Below, piece by piece: positions 11,301-35,265 of a stretch of 64,000 nucleotides of DNA. The notes beneath the pieces are model-generated. The model had not been told where the DNA came from. It did no database searches and saw nothing but the letters and a program-made list of their open reading frames with translations. The translations under genes were made by a program, and so were the position numbers. The stretch's first letter is position 1. Every line of letters starts with the position of its first letter. Origin of the DNA: Chrysomallon squamiferum (lineage: Eukaryota > Animalia > Mollusca); the NCBI GenBank assembly GCA_012295275.1, contig CM022671.1, forward strand, positions 3,782,001-3,846,000, in the 5' to 3' direction.

Positions 11301-14300
11301 TTTGTAAGCATTTTAAGTTCTTTTTATCTCACATCTTTTTTGTTATAATTTTGTTTTTAAAAAATAATTAATATATGACATCGTTATCTCTTCTGTTCAA
11401 GTATTTTTTTATTTTTTTATCTTTACTAATATTTTTATTTTTATTTTTTATTTTTTTAATGTTGTTAATTAAAATGTTCAATGTTTAATTGTTTAAAGTT
11501 TCTGGAAGTTTTAATCATTGACATAATAATTTAATATTCATTTGTTATAGATTTAAATATGCAGGCAATGAAGTAATAAATAAATAATGTTATAAATTAA
11601 TGACATTTTTTTTTTAACAAAAATATAAATTAAAATGATGTGAAATAAATACTAATTATAAATGAAAACAAATCAATGAAAAAATAATTTAGTTGTAGCT
11701 TTATGTAGACTTTATGTTTAGATAACAACAACAAAAAAATTAATAAATAAAAATGAATGAATAAATAACAAAATAAAATATAAAAAATAATACTTAAAAA
11801 AAATTAATTACATTGCAATTATGAAACTAGTTCTGTCACAATGTTCAGTTTTGTTCTAACTGTGCTTGCAAAAAAAAAAAAATAAAAAAAAATATTTAAA
11901 AATATAATTTTACTCAACTTCTCCAAACCACTAAAAAAAAATTTATGAAATGTTTCAAATCTTGCTTCATCTTCCAACCCAACAAAACCAAAAAATAAAA
12001 AAATAAAAAAATAAGACGCCAATATTTACAACTTAAAAAAAAAAAGTTCTACGATAATTAATATTTTTCTGCAAACCTAGTGTGTCCCCTTAAAACCTCC
12101 AATTTTTTTTTTTTTTTTTTTTTTGTCTTTGTAACCATTGTGACTTAGTTCACAAAAGCTGCACAATGGCTGGTATGTGTGGCCTAACAGAGCAAAATAA
12201 ACCGAATCCTTATAATAGGAATATTTGTCATTGCCTTTCTCAGTGTAGCAGGAAATATGGAAACATGACCATTAAGAAAGAAACCAAATTATCATGTTAA
12301 TTAGGCATAACTATATAAGAATGGAATCTGAACTTACTAGAACCTTTATCAAATTCATGTAATCATTTTTTTTTTTTTTAATAAAAACACATTAATAAAA
12401 AAAAGTCTAAATGATTAATGTAGAAAACATATGCTCATTTTGTAATAGAAATTAGATTGTGTGTTATAGTAAGTGTGGAATCAAAGTCAAGTGTATTGTT
12501 TAGTTGGTGAATTTTAAAGTTTAAGTTCTTTTTTTTTTCTTTTTTTTTTGTTAGTTTTTTTAGTTAGTGTTTTTTTTTTTTTTAATGAAACGTTTTCTAA
12601 TGAATCAGCTGATTTTTCTGTAGAGAAGGGAAATTTTCCTCCTGCAAGCTTGTCAACCCCCTTCTCAGAGGAGGAGTTTCAGCTGGCAGATTTTAAAAAA
12701 AGGGGCTCAATGGACACTGGTTGTTTTGTCAAACTCTTACTGTCAGATAGTAAAAATGACCGATAAGTGACCATTACGCCGGTCAGTTAATACTGTCACA
12801 GTTCCCTGATTTTGTTGTGTGGATGGATCCCGTAGAACAAGAACAATCGTTGAGATGCTGGTTTGGCAAAATAAAATGAATAGGTTTAAAAACATGTATT
12901 AAATTAAGTTGAATATTTTAAAAAACATTTCTCTGTTTATCTGTTATTAATTTTTTGATACAAATAAATTAACTGATCAAGGATATTTAAAACAAAATGA
13001 AAAAAATATTATATATTTTGGTACCCAAACACTTAGTAATATGTTGAATTAAACAAGTATAAGTGAAAAATAAATGTTAGTGGAGAGAGTTAAAGTCTAA
13101 ATACTCTTGTACAGGTTCCAAACTATTTATCTGGCTTCCAGAAATCTCGAAAAACGCACCAATTTTTTTTTTTTAAATTTTTATATCAAACTGGCTATTT
13201 TTCAATTATGCATACTTCATTTTAATTTTCTTGACAATACCAATTCAAGTGGGCGATGCTGTAGAAATTTGGTCTGTCTCCTGTTCCAAGCCAGATACCC
13301 TGTTATAATGTCACATGAAAGATTAAAGAAGGAAAGAAAATGTTAATCTAGATGATGTTACAGTGACAGTGTTTGTTGACCTGCCTGTTGGTTGAAATCA
13401 CACATTTTTACACATTGATATATCTGATGATAAGAGTCTTAACAACTTTAAGAAATAAAAAGATTGTTTTATTCGTTTTTGAATAAACAGTCGTCAGGTG
13501 AAGTATGAAGCTTTCTTAACCATGACTAAACCTTCAATATCTTATCTTTGTCCTCCATTAATTGTTTTACAGATATGTAGATAAAAAATAGACAAATGAA
13601 TGTATTGTTTTTATTAGTAATTCTAACCCTTTTAGAGAAGACCCAAATTTGCTATTATAGCCAGAATTACTGCAGAATAATATAAAATAATGAATAAATG
13701 GTACAGAACAGTATTTTAATAGCAGTCGTGTGCATTAATATATTCTGCATTCTAATTGGCTCGTTCAGGTTTGTCTGGCCAATTGAAAAAACTGTTACAT
13801 CTGAGAGCCAGTACTTAATGCTTGCAGTGATTGTTTAAGGATTTTAGAAGAAAAAAAACCCGACATGTTTTATGGCCGATATATAATATTATCATATGCA
13901 GTAATTTTGATGGCTGAAGCAGATAGTAGCAGATCTAAAAGAGTTCATTAATAATTTATTTTTTCAGTATTTCTTTTTTAAATAGATAACATTTCTATAT
14001 ATGTCTAAAAACACACATTAATTGTTCTGTTCAAATAAAATAGTATAATTAATATATTAAAAATAATTAACTGGTTCGGTATTACATTGTTGAAGAGTTA
14101 TCTATAATTTATATGTAGTATATGTAATATATTAATTTATATATAATATATTTATAAGTGCAGAAATAGAAGTATTTATTTATGTCTAATAACACATATT
14201 AATTGTCCATTGAAATCGTATAATTAGTGTATTAAAGAAAATTAGATTGTTGAAAAGTTAACTATATTTATATATAATATATTTAAAAGAGCAGAAATAT

Positions 14301-15198
14301 AATTTTTTTAAATTATGTTTTTTTTAACAAATATATGCATTATAAAAAAATAAACAAATAAAAAATGCTATTTTTTTATCATTTTTATTTTATTTTTTAA
14401 AAACCAGACCTAGAATCTGTTAAAACCATTACAAATTTTAAATTACAATTTTTTAAAATAATCTTTATTTTTAATAGTCATATAAAATAAATAGTATGCT
14501 ATAATTCTAGGTTTTTAAAAAAAAAATAAAAATAAAATAAAAAGAAATGAAAATGGACATTTTATTTATTTAAAGTCATTAAAATTTATATCTACACATA
14601 TACATGAACTTTATAGTTTAATAATTTTTTTCTATATACCACTTTCCAGTGTTAACTTTTTAATGCCATATACATTTATTTTACAAGTTAATTCTGAAAT
14701 TAACATTTGTCTTTTGTTGCGTTATGTATTCAGAATAAAACCAAGCATGCAGATTGTTTTGTGGAAACCACCCGGTGACATCATCAAGAACACCATCGCT
14801 GATGTCGTTTCTACTGCCGACACGAAGAGAAACCTTGTATCAGATTCAGAAAGTGCCAGCAGCCTGGTGCCTGAATCAGAAAGCATTTCCAGCATGGTGC
14901 CTGAAACAGAAAGCATTTCCAGCATGGTGCCTGAATCAGAAAGCATTTCCAGCATGGTGCCTGAAACGGAGAGTCAGTACAACATAGTGCCTGATCCCAC
15001 TGAGAATTCAACTCTGCCAGTCTTGCCCATTCTACAGCAAAGGTATGACAAGATAGTTTGTCTGCAGTATGCTCCTGTTATTTATACATTGTGAGGAAAG
15101 GGAATCCTATCCGTCCTTGTATGCATGTGTCATTTCACAGCTCCCTTTTTCTTAGCAGTCTTACTAATAATTGTCTGCTTACTTTCTTATGTGCAACA

Positions 15199-15262
<64 letters not shown>

Positions 15263-15824
15263 TGTGTGTTTGTGTTTGTGTTTGTGCTTGTGTGTGAAGT
15301 GCAGTGCAAATTTCAGAGATAACAAAAACAAAATTGAGTTATTTTCCTGTCCATATTTTTGATAGTAGTATATTTTTAAACTTAAATGGTCACAACATAC
15401 ACATTCACTAGGACTAGATTTTCCCATAATGCCACAGCCCAAGTGTACATACTAATTTTTTTCAATGAAATAAGCATGCTTAGTTGATAATTTTGTTTGA
15501 CAAGAAGAATGGAATCAACAATTTAATGTTGTCAAGATTCAAACAAATTATGTTTATAATTACGACTAACAAGTTGTTATTTGAAATGTATTTTAATAAT
15601 TATTTAAAGAAAAAGGCTAATTGTCCAACAGACTTCAAATTCACTAATGATTCTTAGTAACCACAGTTTTTATTATGTCTGCGACTGGCTGTAATTATAT
15701 ATAATATTGATGTTTTTAATAGTTTGAAAATATTTTTCTTTTTTTTTGCAGCCTATCCCCAGCAGCTGGTTCATTAAACAAAAACAATTCTTCAGTTCTT
15801 ATAGAAGAGGACATGGACCTTTGA
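7681..15824 (+). CDS. CCDC117: Coiled-coil domain-containing protein 117 homolog (6 coding exons)
   Basis: Phase-consistent GT-AG exons: 7681-8147, 8548-8613, 9134-9352, 11157-11303, 14734-15042, 15752-15824 (TGA). The spliced product contains RMKQIEERLEDEDEDE, KPSMQIVLWKPP and C-terminal EEDMDL*. These match, in order, the recalled human CCDC117 motifs RKLQEIEDRIIDEDEE, RPSMELVLWKPL and EEEMEL*. An acceptor AG at 7671-7672 suggests an upstream non-coding exon; the in-frame ATG at 7603 is an alternative start. Confidence 0.82.
8253..8345. repeat. (CT)n microsatellite
   Basis: Direct reading. Similar (CT/GA)n tracts occur at about 49926-50017, 54184-54274, 56636-56674 and 58524-58596. Confidence 0.95.
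10996..11118 (+). other. Intronic RNA hairpin with a 35-bp stem (27 Watson-Crick, 7 G-U, 1 A-C)
   Basis: Arm 1 at 10996-11030 and arm 2 at 11084-11118, paired base by base. Confidence 0.8.
13990..14305. repeat. Diverged two-copy tandem duplication in CCDC117 intron 4
   Basis: tatgtctaa-aacaca-attaattgt...attgttgaa-agtta-ctata...tatatataatatattta...gcagaaata occurs twice. Confidence 0.7.
14843..14995 (+). repeat. Coding 30-bp minisatellite (about 5 copies, ES/TESISSMVP) in CCDC117 exon 5
   Basis: Repeated cagaaagcatttccagcatggtgcctgaa; translates as SESASSLVPE-SESISSMVPE-TESISSMVPE-SESISSMVPE-TESQYNIVPD. Confidence 0.95.
15201..15296. repeat. (TG)n microsatellite
   Basis: Direct reading. 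Similar (TG/CA)n tracts occur at about 19738-19799 and 46073-46126. Confidence 0.95.
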
Positions 15825-15962
15825 AATTCATGTTATTCATTTTTCACCACAGACGCAAAGATTTCAGATGTCAGTAATGTTATTTTACTGTTATTTTTGA
15901 AGAAGATTGTTTAGAAATTGCAGTGAAAGAGTTACTTCTTTATATTTGGTTATTAGAAATCA

Positions 15963-15999
<37 letters not shown>

Positions 16000-16517
16000 A
16001 TTAATTCTGCATTTGAGAATATTATTTTTGTATCTCGAAACTGAGAATTCATAACAAAATAAAACAATTGTTACTATTACGAAAGAAACATTTTCAGCAA
16101 TTAAGTTTATAGCTTTTTATCTTGGAACATAAAAACTGGTTATGCATCCTTTTAAAAGCAGTTCTAACAGAACTTGTTGCTGCAGAAACAAAATTTCAGA
16201 AAGCAATTTACGTTCACCATCACTAGACAATTTTTATCAACTGTAATAAGATTTCCTATGTACATATTTCAAAACATTTGTTACTGCAGAAATCAGGACT
16301 TCATAAGGATTAAAAAAAAGTAAATAAACAAAAAAAATATATATTTTTTTTATATAAACTTTAAAAAATGGTCAGAATAAAATACTAAAAAGCATTCTAT
16401 GAAATAAGCATCTTGTATTAAGATATTTTTTTACTTTTATGCAGTTTATAAAAAAAAAGAAAGAAATGAAGTGTTTGAAATGGATTTCAGAACCTTGAAT
16501 TGTTCTAGTGAAAATTA

Positions 16518-16635
16518 TGGAGTTGATTTTTACATGCTATTATTGCATAGTATTATTCACATTTAAGATAAAATCTGGAGTTGATTTTTACATGCTATTA
16601 TTGCATAGTATTATTCACATTTAAGATAAAATCTG
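16518..16635. repeat. Perfect 2 x 58-bp tandem duplication in the putative CCDC117 3' UTR
   Basis: tggagttgatttttacatgctattattgcatagtattattcacatttaagataaaatc occurs at 16518 and again at 16576. Confidence 0.95.
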
Positions 16636-16731
16636 ACGAATACTTTTTTTTGAAAAAAGTGAGATTTTGATGTACAAAATGATGCCAACAGAGCAGCAGT
16701 ATTTGTAAATATCTGTTTGTGAGATGCTGTC

Positions 16732-16737
16732 AATAAA
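16732..16737 (+). terminator. Candidate polyadenylation signal for CCDC117
   Basis: AATAAA followed by a T/GT-rich downstream tract, about 900 nt after the stop codon. Confidence 0.4.
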
Positions 16738-16789
16738 ATGTTTTCTTAAATGTTTACAATTTTATCTTTGTTTATTTAATTTGATCGTT

Positions 16790-17180
16790 TTGAATTTCAG
16801 TCAGTAAAATTTACATTGTTTTAAAGGTAACGATTTGTAAATCTTCAGTGAGTTAACATTTTTAAATGTTTAAATTTATCTGACTAATTTTGAACTCACC
16901 AAAATTCAGTTTAATATTAAATTTACAGATTTTCAGTAAGTTAATATTTAACAATTTTGAAATCATGGCAATAAAATTTACATTTTAAATTCATTGGTTT
17001 TCAGTAATACTAAATGTTTATTTAACTAATTTTAAATCACAGCAGTAAAATTTACATTATTTTGAATTTCTAGATTTTAAATTCATTAATAATACTAAGT
17101 TTCTTGATTTATTTATTTACCTCATTTTGGATATTACGAATGAAACATTTTAAATTTGTTGATTCTAGGTAAATTTAAAT
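16790..17180. repeat. Degenerate AT-rich minisatellite between the CCDC117 and VPS53 3' ends
   Basis: Recurrent cagtaaaatttacatt and ttttcagtaa motifs (16802, 16969, 17043). Confidence 0.55.
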
Positions 17181-18604
17181 CTCCATCTTCTTCATACTTA
17201 TAAACAACAAGAGCAAATGTTTTGTTGAGATTGTCGTCAACAAAATGGCAATAGACTTAGCATTACAACACATTTTGTATAGTACAAATCAGATTCCGGT
17301 TGCTTTACTCATTGTAATGCACCTTTTATTTTTATCAGAAAAGATGTTTTTATTTTAAATGAATAATTTGTTTTAAACATTTAATATTTTGTCTACAAAC
17401 TACATTAAGATTGAGTCATTAAGATTTTTCAAATAATATTCAAAAAATAATAATAATAATAATCATAATAATAAAAGAAAAATTACTAAGAAAAATAACA
17501 AACCAAAGTAGAGAGTGCATGTGTGCATAATAAGATGATGAAAACAATTATTACATAACCACACACACACACACACACACACACTATGCATGTATGCAGA
17601 TGCACAGGCACACACACACGCATGCACACATATATACACAGACATGTATATTCAATTTTTGTAAAACCAAAATAGAAGAATCCATAAAATTCTTACCAGC
17701 TTGGTTAATAATTTCACAGACAGAACTGCTGATTATCTGCCAAAACACAACATCTGTGTTGGCTGGCAGTAAATTTGTTTTGTTAATAGCAAAACAACGA
17801 AGGTTTAAATGGTCAATTGTTTTATTGTCTTGAAAAACTAATTTTCTTCTTTTTCTTTTTTTTCCTTTTTTTTTTTTTTGAAACAGAGCCAGTACTTTGA
17901 TTAATAATTCATTAATTATTAACCATTATTTTAATTAAAAAAAATAATAATAAAATTCCTCTGATTCTATAAACCCTAAATATAATAAATGATAAATGTG
18001 AGGTTTATTTTAAATATAAATAAAATGTATATTGTGTACTGGGTTTATGTATGTTACCTTCTGCTGTGTATGTTGTGTGTTGTAAGTATGTACATATGCA
18101 CACTCATATTATTATTAAACAATTTCAAATGTTGTTGTTTTTTGTTGTTTTTTCAGTATCAGAATTGTATAACAGATTACATAAATTTCACACTGGTATA
18201 TAATTTTAACCAACAGAAGAAAAATAATATTAATGGATATACAAACAAACACCCGACAATTAGATTAATAGAAACAACAATGACAATAACAATTTTAAAA
18301 ATCTGATTCTCAACAAGATGAAAGTAAATTTTACTATCTTGACACTTTACACATTACATATTTACTCTCTTGTTCACACAATACATCTTTATCAGCTTTA
18401 TTCATACAAATTTGTATCAACTTTTTTCACATCATACATTTTCTGTCTTTTCTTTTATACACTAAAGTTCACTAAATTGCATTTTTTGACAACAAAAATT
18501 ATACTGCCTGACTTGGTCACATTGTAAATTTAGTCTTTTGACTAAACTTTCAAATCAAAACGTTACTCTATTTTTTTTCAACAATATAATTTTAATGTGT
18601 TTTA

Positions 18605-29911
<11,307 letters not shown>

Positions 29912-30505
29912 CGTTCCTTTTCCTTGTAACTTCCGTCATCTGATGACGAGCACCAGATTATTATTTACTTTTAAAACCCAGCCATACACTTAAAGTTTGG
30001 AATTAAATCATAAAGAAAAAAACTTCGAGAAAAAAACAAATAATATTCTAGATAAAGCAAATTATTAAGTTATCCATTATGATTATGCAGTGTATCAAAA
30101 TAATATTATTTACCAAAGGATGCAGAGAAATTCTCAGTATAACTATAAGTCTATAAAAATAATTGAAGATAATATAGATCTTGTGATCAATCACAGAGTC
30201 CTATCACCAAATGAGGGCAAACACTTAAAACAACTAACTTCCAGTTAATTTATGATTATCAAAAGTGTGAAAAGTATCTGTAATAGAAAACCGAAGAATA
30301 GGGAACGAAATGTTCCGAAAAATACCGAGATGTTCCGATCAGTTTGTTTAAACGTTACTACGCATCGACCATCCTCCCATCATAACTTTATAACGTGTTA
30401 CAAAGCGTAAAGCAATAGAATGAAATAGAGTATGAAAATATATTTAAAATATCTGTTATAAATTAATTCGAAAATATAAAAATCCTTTTCGCTTCAAAGT
30501 TAAAA

Positions 30506-30545
<40 letters not shown>

Positions 30546-30725
30546 CAGTTGTCTATTTTGATATCTAAAGTTATAAATACAAATTATATCTTAGGAACTA
30601 TATAAAGGAAGACAATCCGCAGACAGTTGTTAGGTTCTACCATGTGCTTTGGTGATGTTGATTAAATTGTAAATAAAATATTTACATAATCATGTTCATA
30701 TGTTGTGTTGTTTTAAAAGATTAAC
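29912..30725. promoter_or_regulatory. Bidirectional promoter region shared by VPS53 and DHX37
   Basis: The divergent start codons lie only about 815 bp apart. An ETS-like ACTTCCG sits at 29929-29935, and the palindrome CGTCATC-T-GATGACG at 29934-29948 lies just upstream of the VPS53 ATG. Confidence 0.6.
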
Positions 30726-31172
30726 ATGGGCAAAAATAAACGAGGTTATAACTGGAAGGCGAGACAACAAAGTCAAACTGTTGTCGACCATTCAGATGAA
30801 AAAAAGGTGATGATAAACGATTTATTAAAATAAAAAGAATTAAAATATATTAATTATTATAGAACAAAATCACAAACCACAAACTGACAAAGTGAAAGTA
30901 CCAAAATTTAATAACATAATACAGTAATAAAGTCCAAAAGTGTCGTATAAAATTGTGGAAACTTTAAAAAAAAATTATTATTATTTTTAATTTACAGATT
31001 AATGTTATGAGATAAAAAGAAACAACTGGGTTCATGCATTTCATGATTCAGATGTTGCTAGAATATGATTATTATATATTAATTACAATTTTTCGAAAAG
31101 TTTAAATTTTAATTTTTAGCTTATCTACATCATGTGATACACACACATGTATAAATAAATAAATAAATAAAT

Positions 31173-31237
<65 letters not shown>

Positions 31238-32392
31238 ATATATTATACAATTATTTGTTTTCTTTCTCTTATACTTATACAATCATTATTTAACTATCAG
31301 AAATGTTGAACCCTCGTAGTAATAATCATTATAAAACTATTAATGTGTTGAGACTGAAATATACCAGATGCTGTAATGTAATAAGTAATATAATAAGTTA
31401 ATACAAGATTTATTCTCATATTTTTAATTTTATTATTATTATTCTTTTTTTTTTAGATTAAACTTGATGCAGCATGTCTTGTATCTAAAACAGTGGCACC
31501 AGGCTATGATGAAAGCAACAGTCTTGTGTTGCCATCAAAGAAACGAAAAACGGAGAAGAAAAAAGAAGTAGTTCACAGGGTGAAAAAACTTAGCAAAAAG
31601 GAGCGAAAGGCTTTGCAGAATGTTCTAGAGAGAAAGGAAAAGAAAAACAAGGTAATGAATCGTTTTTGATTAATGCTTAGTTAGAACAGGTATTTCAGGT
31701 AAACAACAGTCAGAAGGTACTTATCAGTGACAATACTGGTAATTATTAAATGTTTTCTAAGTTGCTTTTAATCAAAGGATACATTTTTTTATGGGTATTC
31801 AATTTCAAGAAGAAGAAAAATACTACGTATAACGATGAAATTTAATGGGTTTCTCATCTCAGTAAATGTAATAATTAAATCATGAAACATTCACTTGCCA
31901 AGTTACTAACCAATGGGAGATTGTCTGTTGCAAATACTTATAATTTAATGCTTGTATGTTATACATTTTTATTTGATTTTTTTTTTAAATATACATTTAA
32001 TACTTTAATATTATTCATTTTCATTTAATTTTTATATTATATAATTTTCATTTGATTTTTATTTAAAGCTTTTATATTAAACATTTTTATTTAGTTTTTA
32101 TGTTACACATTTGTGTTTACGTTTTACAGAGAGCAGAAATTCTGGAATCTCTCACTGAAGTGCAGGCTTCTGCAGAAGAGATGAGATTGTTTACAAGTAT
32201 AGCTGAGATGCACTCCCAGAAATATAAACAGTCAGTAAAATTCAGTTTTCATAGCAGCCTGACTTCATTTTGTTTATGCATATTAAGTGTCAGAAGTGAG
32301 ATTCAGTAATGATAGTAAATGGAAACATGAGATATATTTAAAATTAACAACAGTGTATTTTATTTATTTATTTATTAATATTATTTTTATTA

Positions 32393-32424
<32 letters not shown>

Positions 32425-32886
32425 TACTATAGGAATAACAGGCTTTGATAAAGCAGTTATTTTATTATTTATAAAAGTTTAAATCATATTAAAAAAACAA
32501 CAATCCCAAAACAACTAAAATATAACAGATAAAACAGTTATTTTATTTTTACCTTATAAGAGTAGTAAAACAGTTATAAAAATAAGTTAATAACTGAGTT
32601 TTCATGTGTCTCTAAGATAAAATATGAAATTGAGATATCTGTTGATAAATCAACTGAGAGGCACCAACTGAAAAATGATATCATTTCCTAAAGGGGCTTA
32701 AACCTGTATTTTTATTATTATCATTACTACTGCTACCATTGTTATTGTTATTATTGTTATTATCATCATTTTTATTAGTATTGTTATTGCTACTATTATT
32801 GTTATTACTTTTGTTATTGTAATGTATTGTAATTATTATTATTGTTATTGTTATCATTACTATTATTACTCTGAGTATTGTTATCA

Positions 32887-32948
<62 letters not shown>

Positions 32949-33458
32949 GATCATTATATTTATTTTAAAATTTTATTTTTAGCAAACTGGAGATTGAAAC
33001 AACTCCAATGGGGGAAGTGAAGGTAAATGCTATATCAGGAAGCAAGAAGAAAACAAAAGAACAAAACAAAGAAGAGACAGAGGGAAACAAATCAGACGGC
33101 AATGAATCAGAAAGTTCCATCAACACATCTGACATGTCAACTGATGAAGAAACTGAAGAACAGACTACAGACAGTGTTCAGAATATGTCACAGCTAAGTA
33201 ACAGCACTGATGAAAAAGTGCAGACTGATTTAACTAAAACAAATGAGGAGGAAAAGTGTGACAGTACTGATGATAAAAATGTTCAAAACAAAGTTACAGA
33301 GAAAGCGAAAGAAACAGAGGAGAACAATGTCAGTAAAGAACCAGCATTTTTTGTTCCTGTGTCGCGATCTGCAAAAGTACAGGTGATTAATTAAAACAAA
33401 TAAGTTTTAAATGAATGTAATGGTGGGCAGCAATTTGTTTCTAATGATTATGTAATAG

Positions 33459-33495
<37 letters not shown>

Positions 33496-35107
33496 GAGAG
33501 AGAGAGAGTGAGAGATAATGAATTAGTATTATCTGTTTTTGTTTCTAACAATGTATCAGCTAAAAATCACACTTCTGCACAGTTCTTTTATTATTATTTT
33601 TTTACACACAGTCATTGCACATTATAAATTTAAAAAATAATAATAACTAATTTAAGAAATTGATTAGTAGCTACCCTTTTCCCCATTTACTGCATTTGAC
33701 TTCATTTCTTAAAAATAAGTGTTAATAAAATAAAATAGACACACAAAATGCACAAAGTAAACAATAACAAAGATTATGTATATCTGTTTTTCTAGGAGGC
33801 CAGATTGAAATTGCCAATACTGGCAGAAGAACAAGTTGTCATGGAAGCCATTAACGAAAACCCAGTTGTCATTATTTGTGGTGAGACAGGATCAGGAAAG
33901 ACAACTCAGGTTCCTCAGTTTCTCTATGAAGCAGGCTATGCTCAGTAAGTACACACTTTTGTTGTTTGTCAAGGAATTACTTACAAATGTGCATTTAGTT
34001 TGCCTGTTCATGTTTATGTAGCATTTGCCATGAACTTAAAATGTTTAATACTGGAATCAATTTGAAGAGCACTTGCATTGGTATAAGCAAATACACAAAA
34101 TTTATTTTGTATGCAATTAAGTGTTTTATTTGTATTCTTGATGAAAACTTTCAACGTTATTATTAGTAAAGTTTGAGTTTTGTAACAGTATCAGCATGTT
34201 TACTTTGAAGTACAAAAAGCCTTAAGTTTTTTGTATTTCAAAATAAGCATGCTGATACTGTATTTTTGACAGTATAACAGTTTTGATGTTGATTCATTTT
34301 CTTAATTACCTTGATAATTAATGATAGTCTGCTTCTGTGTTTACACACTGTTTTGAAGACCATTGCTGTATATTTTTCATTCTGTCTGAAAAAGTGCTTA
34401 TTTATTTAGCCTTTTATGTTTTCAGATATGGAATGTAATTTGCAAGTTATTATATACATTTCTTTGTTCCTAGCAAAGGAGCCATTATTGGAATTACTGA
34501 ACCAAGAAGAGTGGCAGCAATCAGCATGTCAAAAAGAGTTGCCATGGAGATGAATTTATCAACAAAGTGAGTTCTTTACTCCGAGAAAAAAATATTTAAT
34601 CATAAAATTATAAAATTTTCACATAATTGTTTTACTGATACTTGGGTCATTCACCTTTTCTAACAACAAAATGGAAGAAATCTTTAAGCTCATGAGAAGC
34701 ATGAATGCTGTTCTGTTTTTTATCTTTTATTATTACATGAAATAAAATAAAAATTAAAAAAATATATATTACCATATTTATGGACTAACTATTAGCTTGT
34801 CAAAGGGTTTGTATCTTTGAGTATCAGTGCATTTTTTATTAACCCGTACACTCATTTTATACAGTTTAATAGCCAGCATGTTTTTTGTTCTGTGGTGTAT
34901 TTAAAACATTAATTATTTCATTAGAATCAGTGTGTTCATTACTTACTCTTCATGTAATCTTATTCTTATAATTTCTTCAGAGTAGTTTCATACCAGATCA
35001 GATATGAAGGAAACACAACTGATGACACAAAAATTAGGTTTCAAACTGATGGTGTTCTGCTCAAAGAAGTTCAGAAGGTTATTTCATTTTCAGAATATTT
35101 TGTTCGT

Positions 35108-35139
<32 letters not shown>

Positions 35140-35219
35140 ATATTCTGAAATTGTTGTTAAGTGATTGGCAGGTAATATTGTCTTTGAAATAAAAACAACC
35201 AAACAAATAAAAATATCTA

Positions 35220-35265
<46 letters not shown>

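Noticed and set aside
12548-12766. 72-aa + strand ORF as an extra CCDC117 exon
   Set aside because: Exons 4 and 5 join in frame without it, it ends in a stop, and its composition is better explained by hairpin structure.
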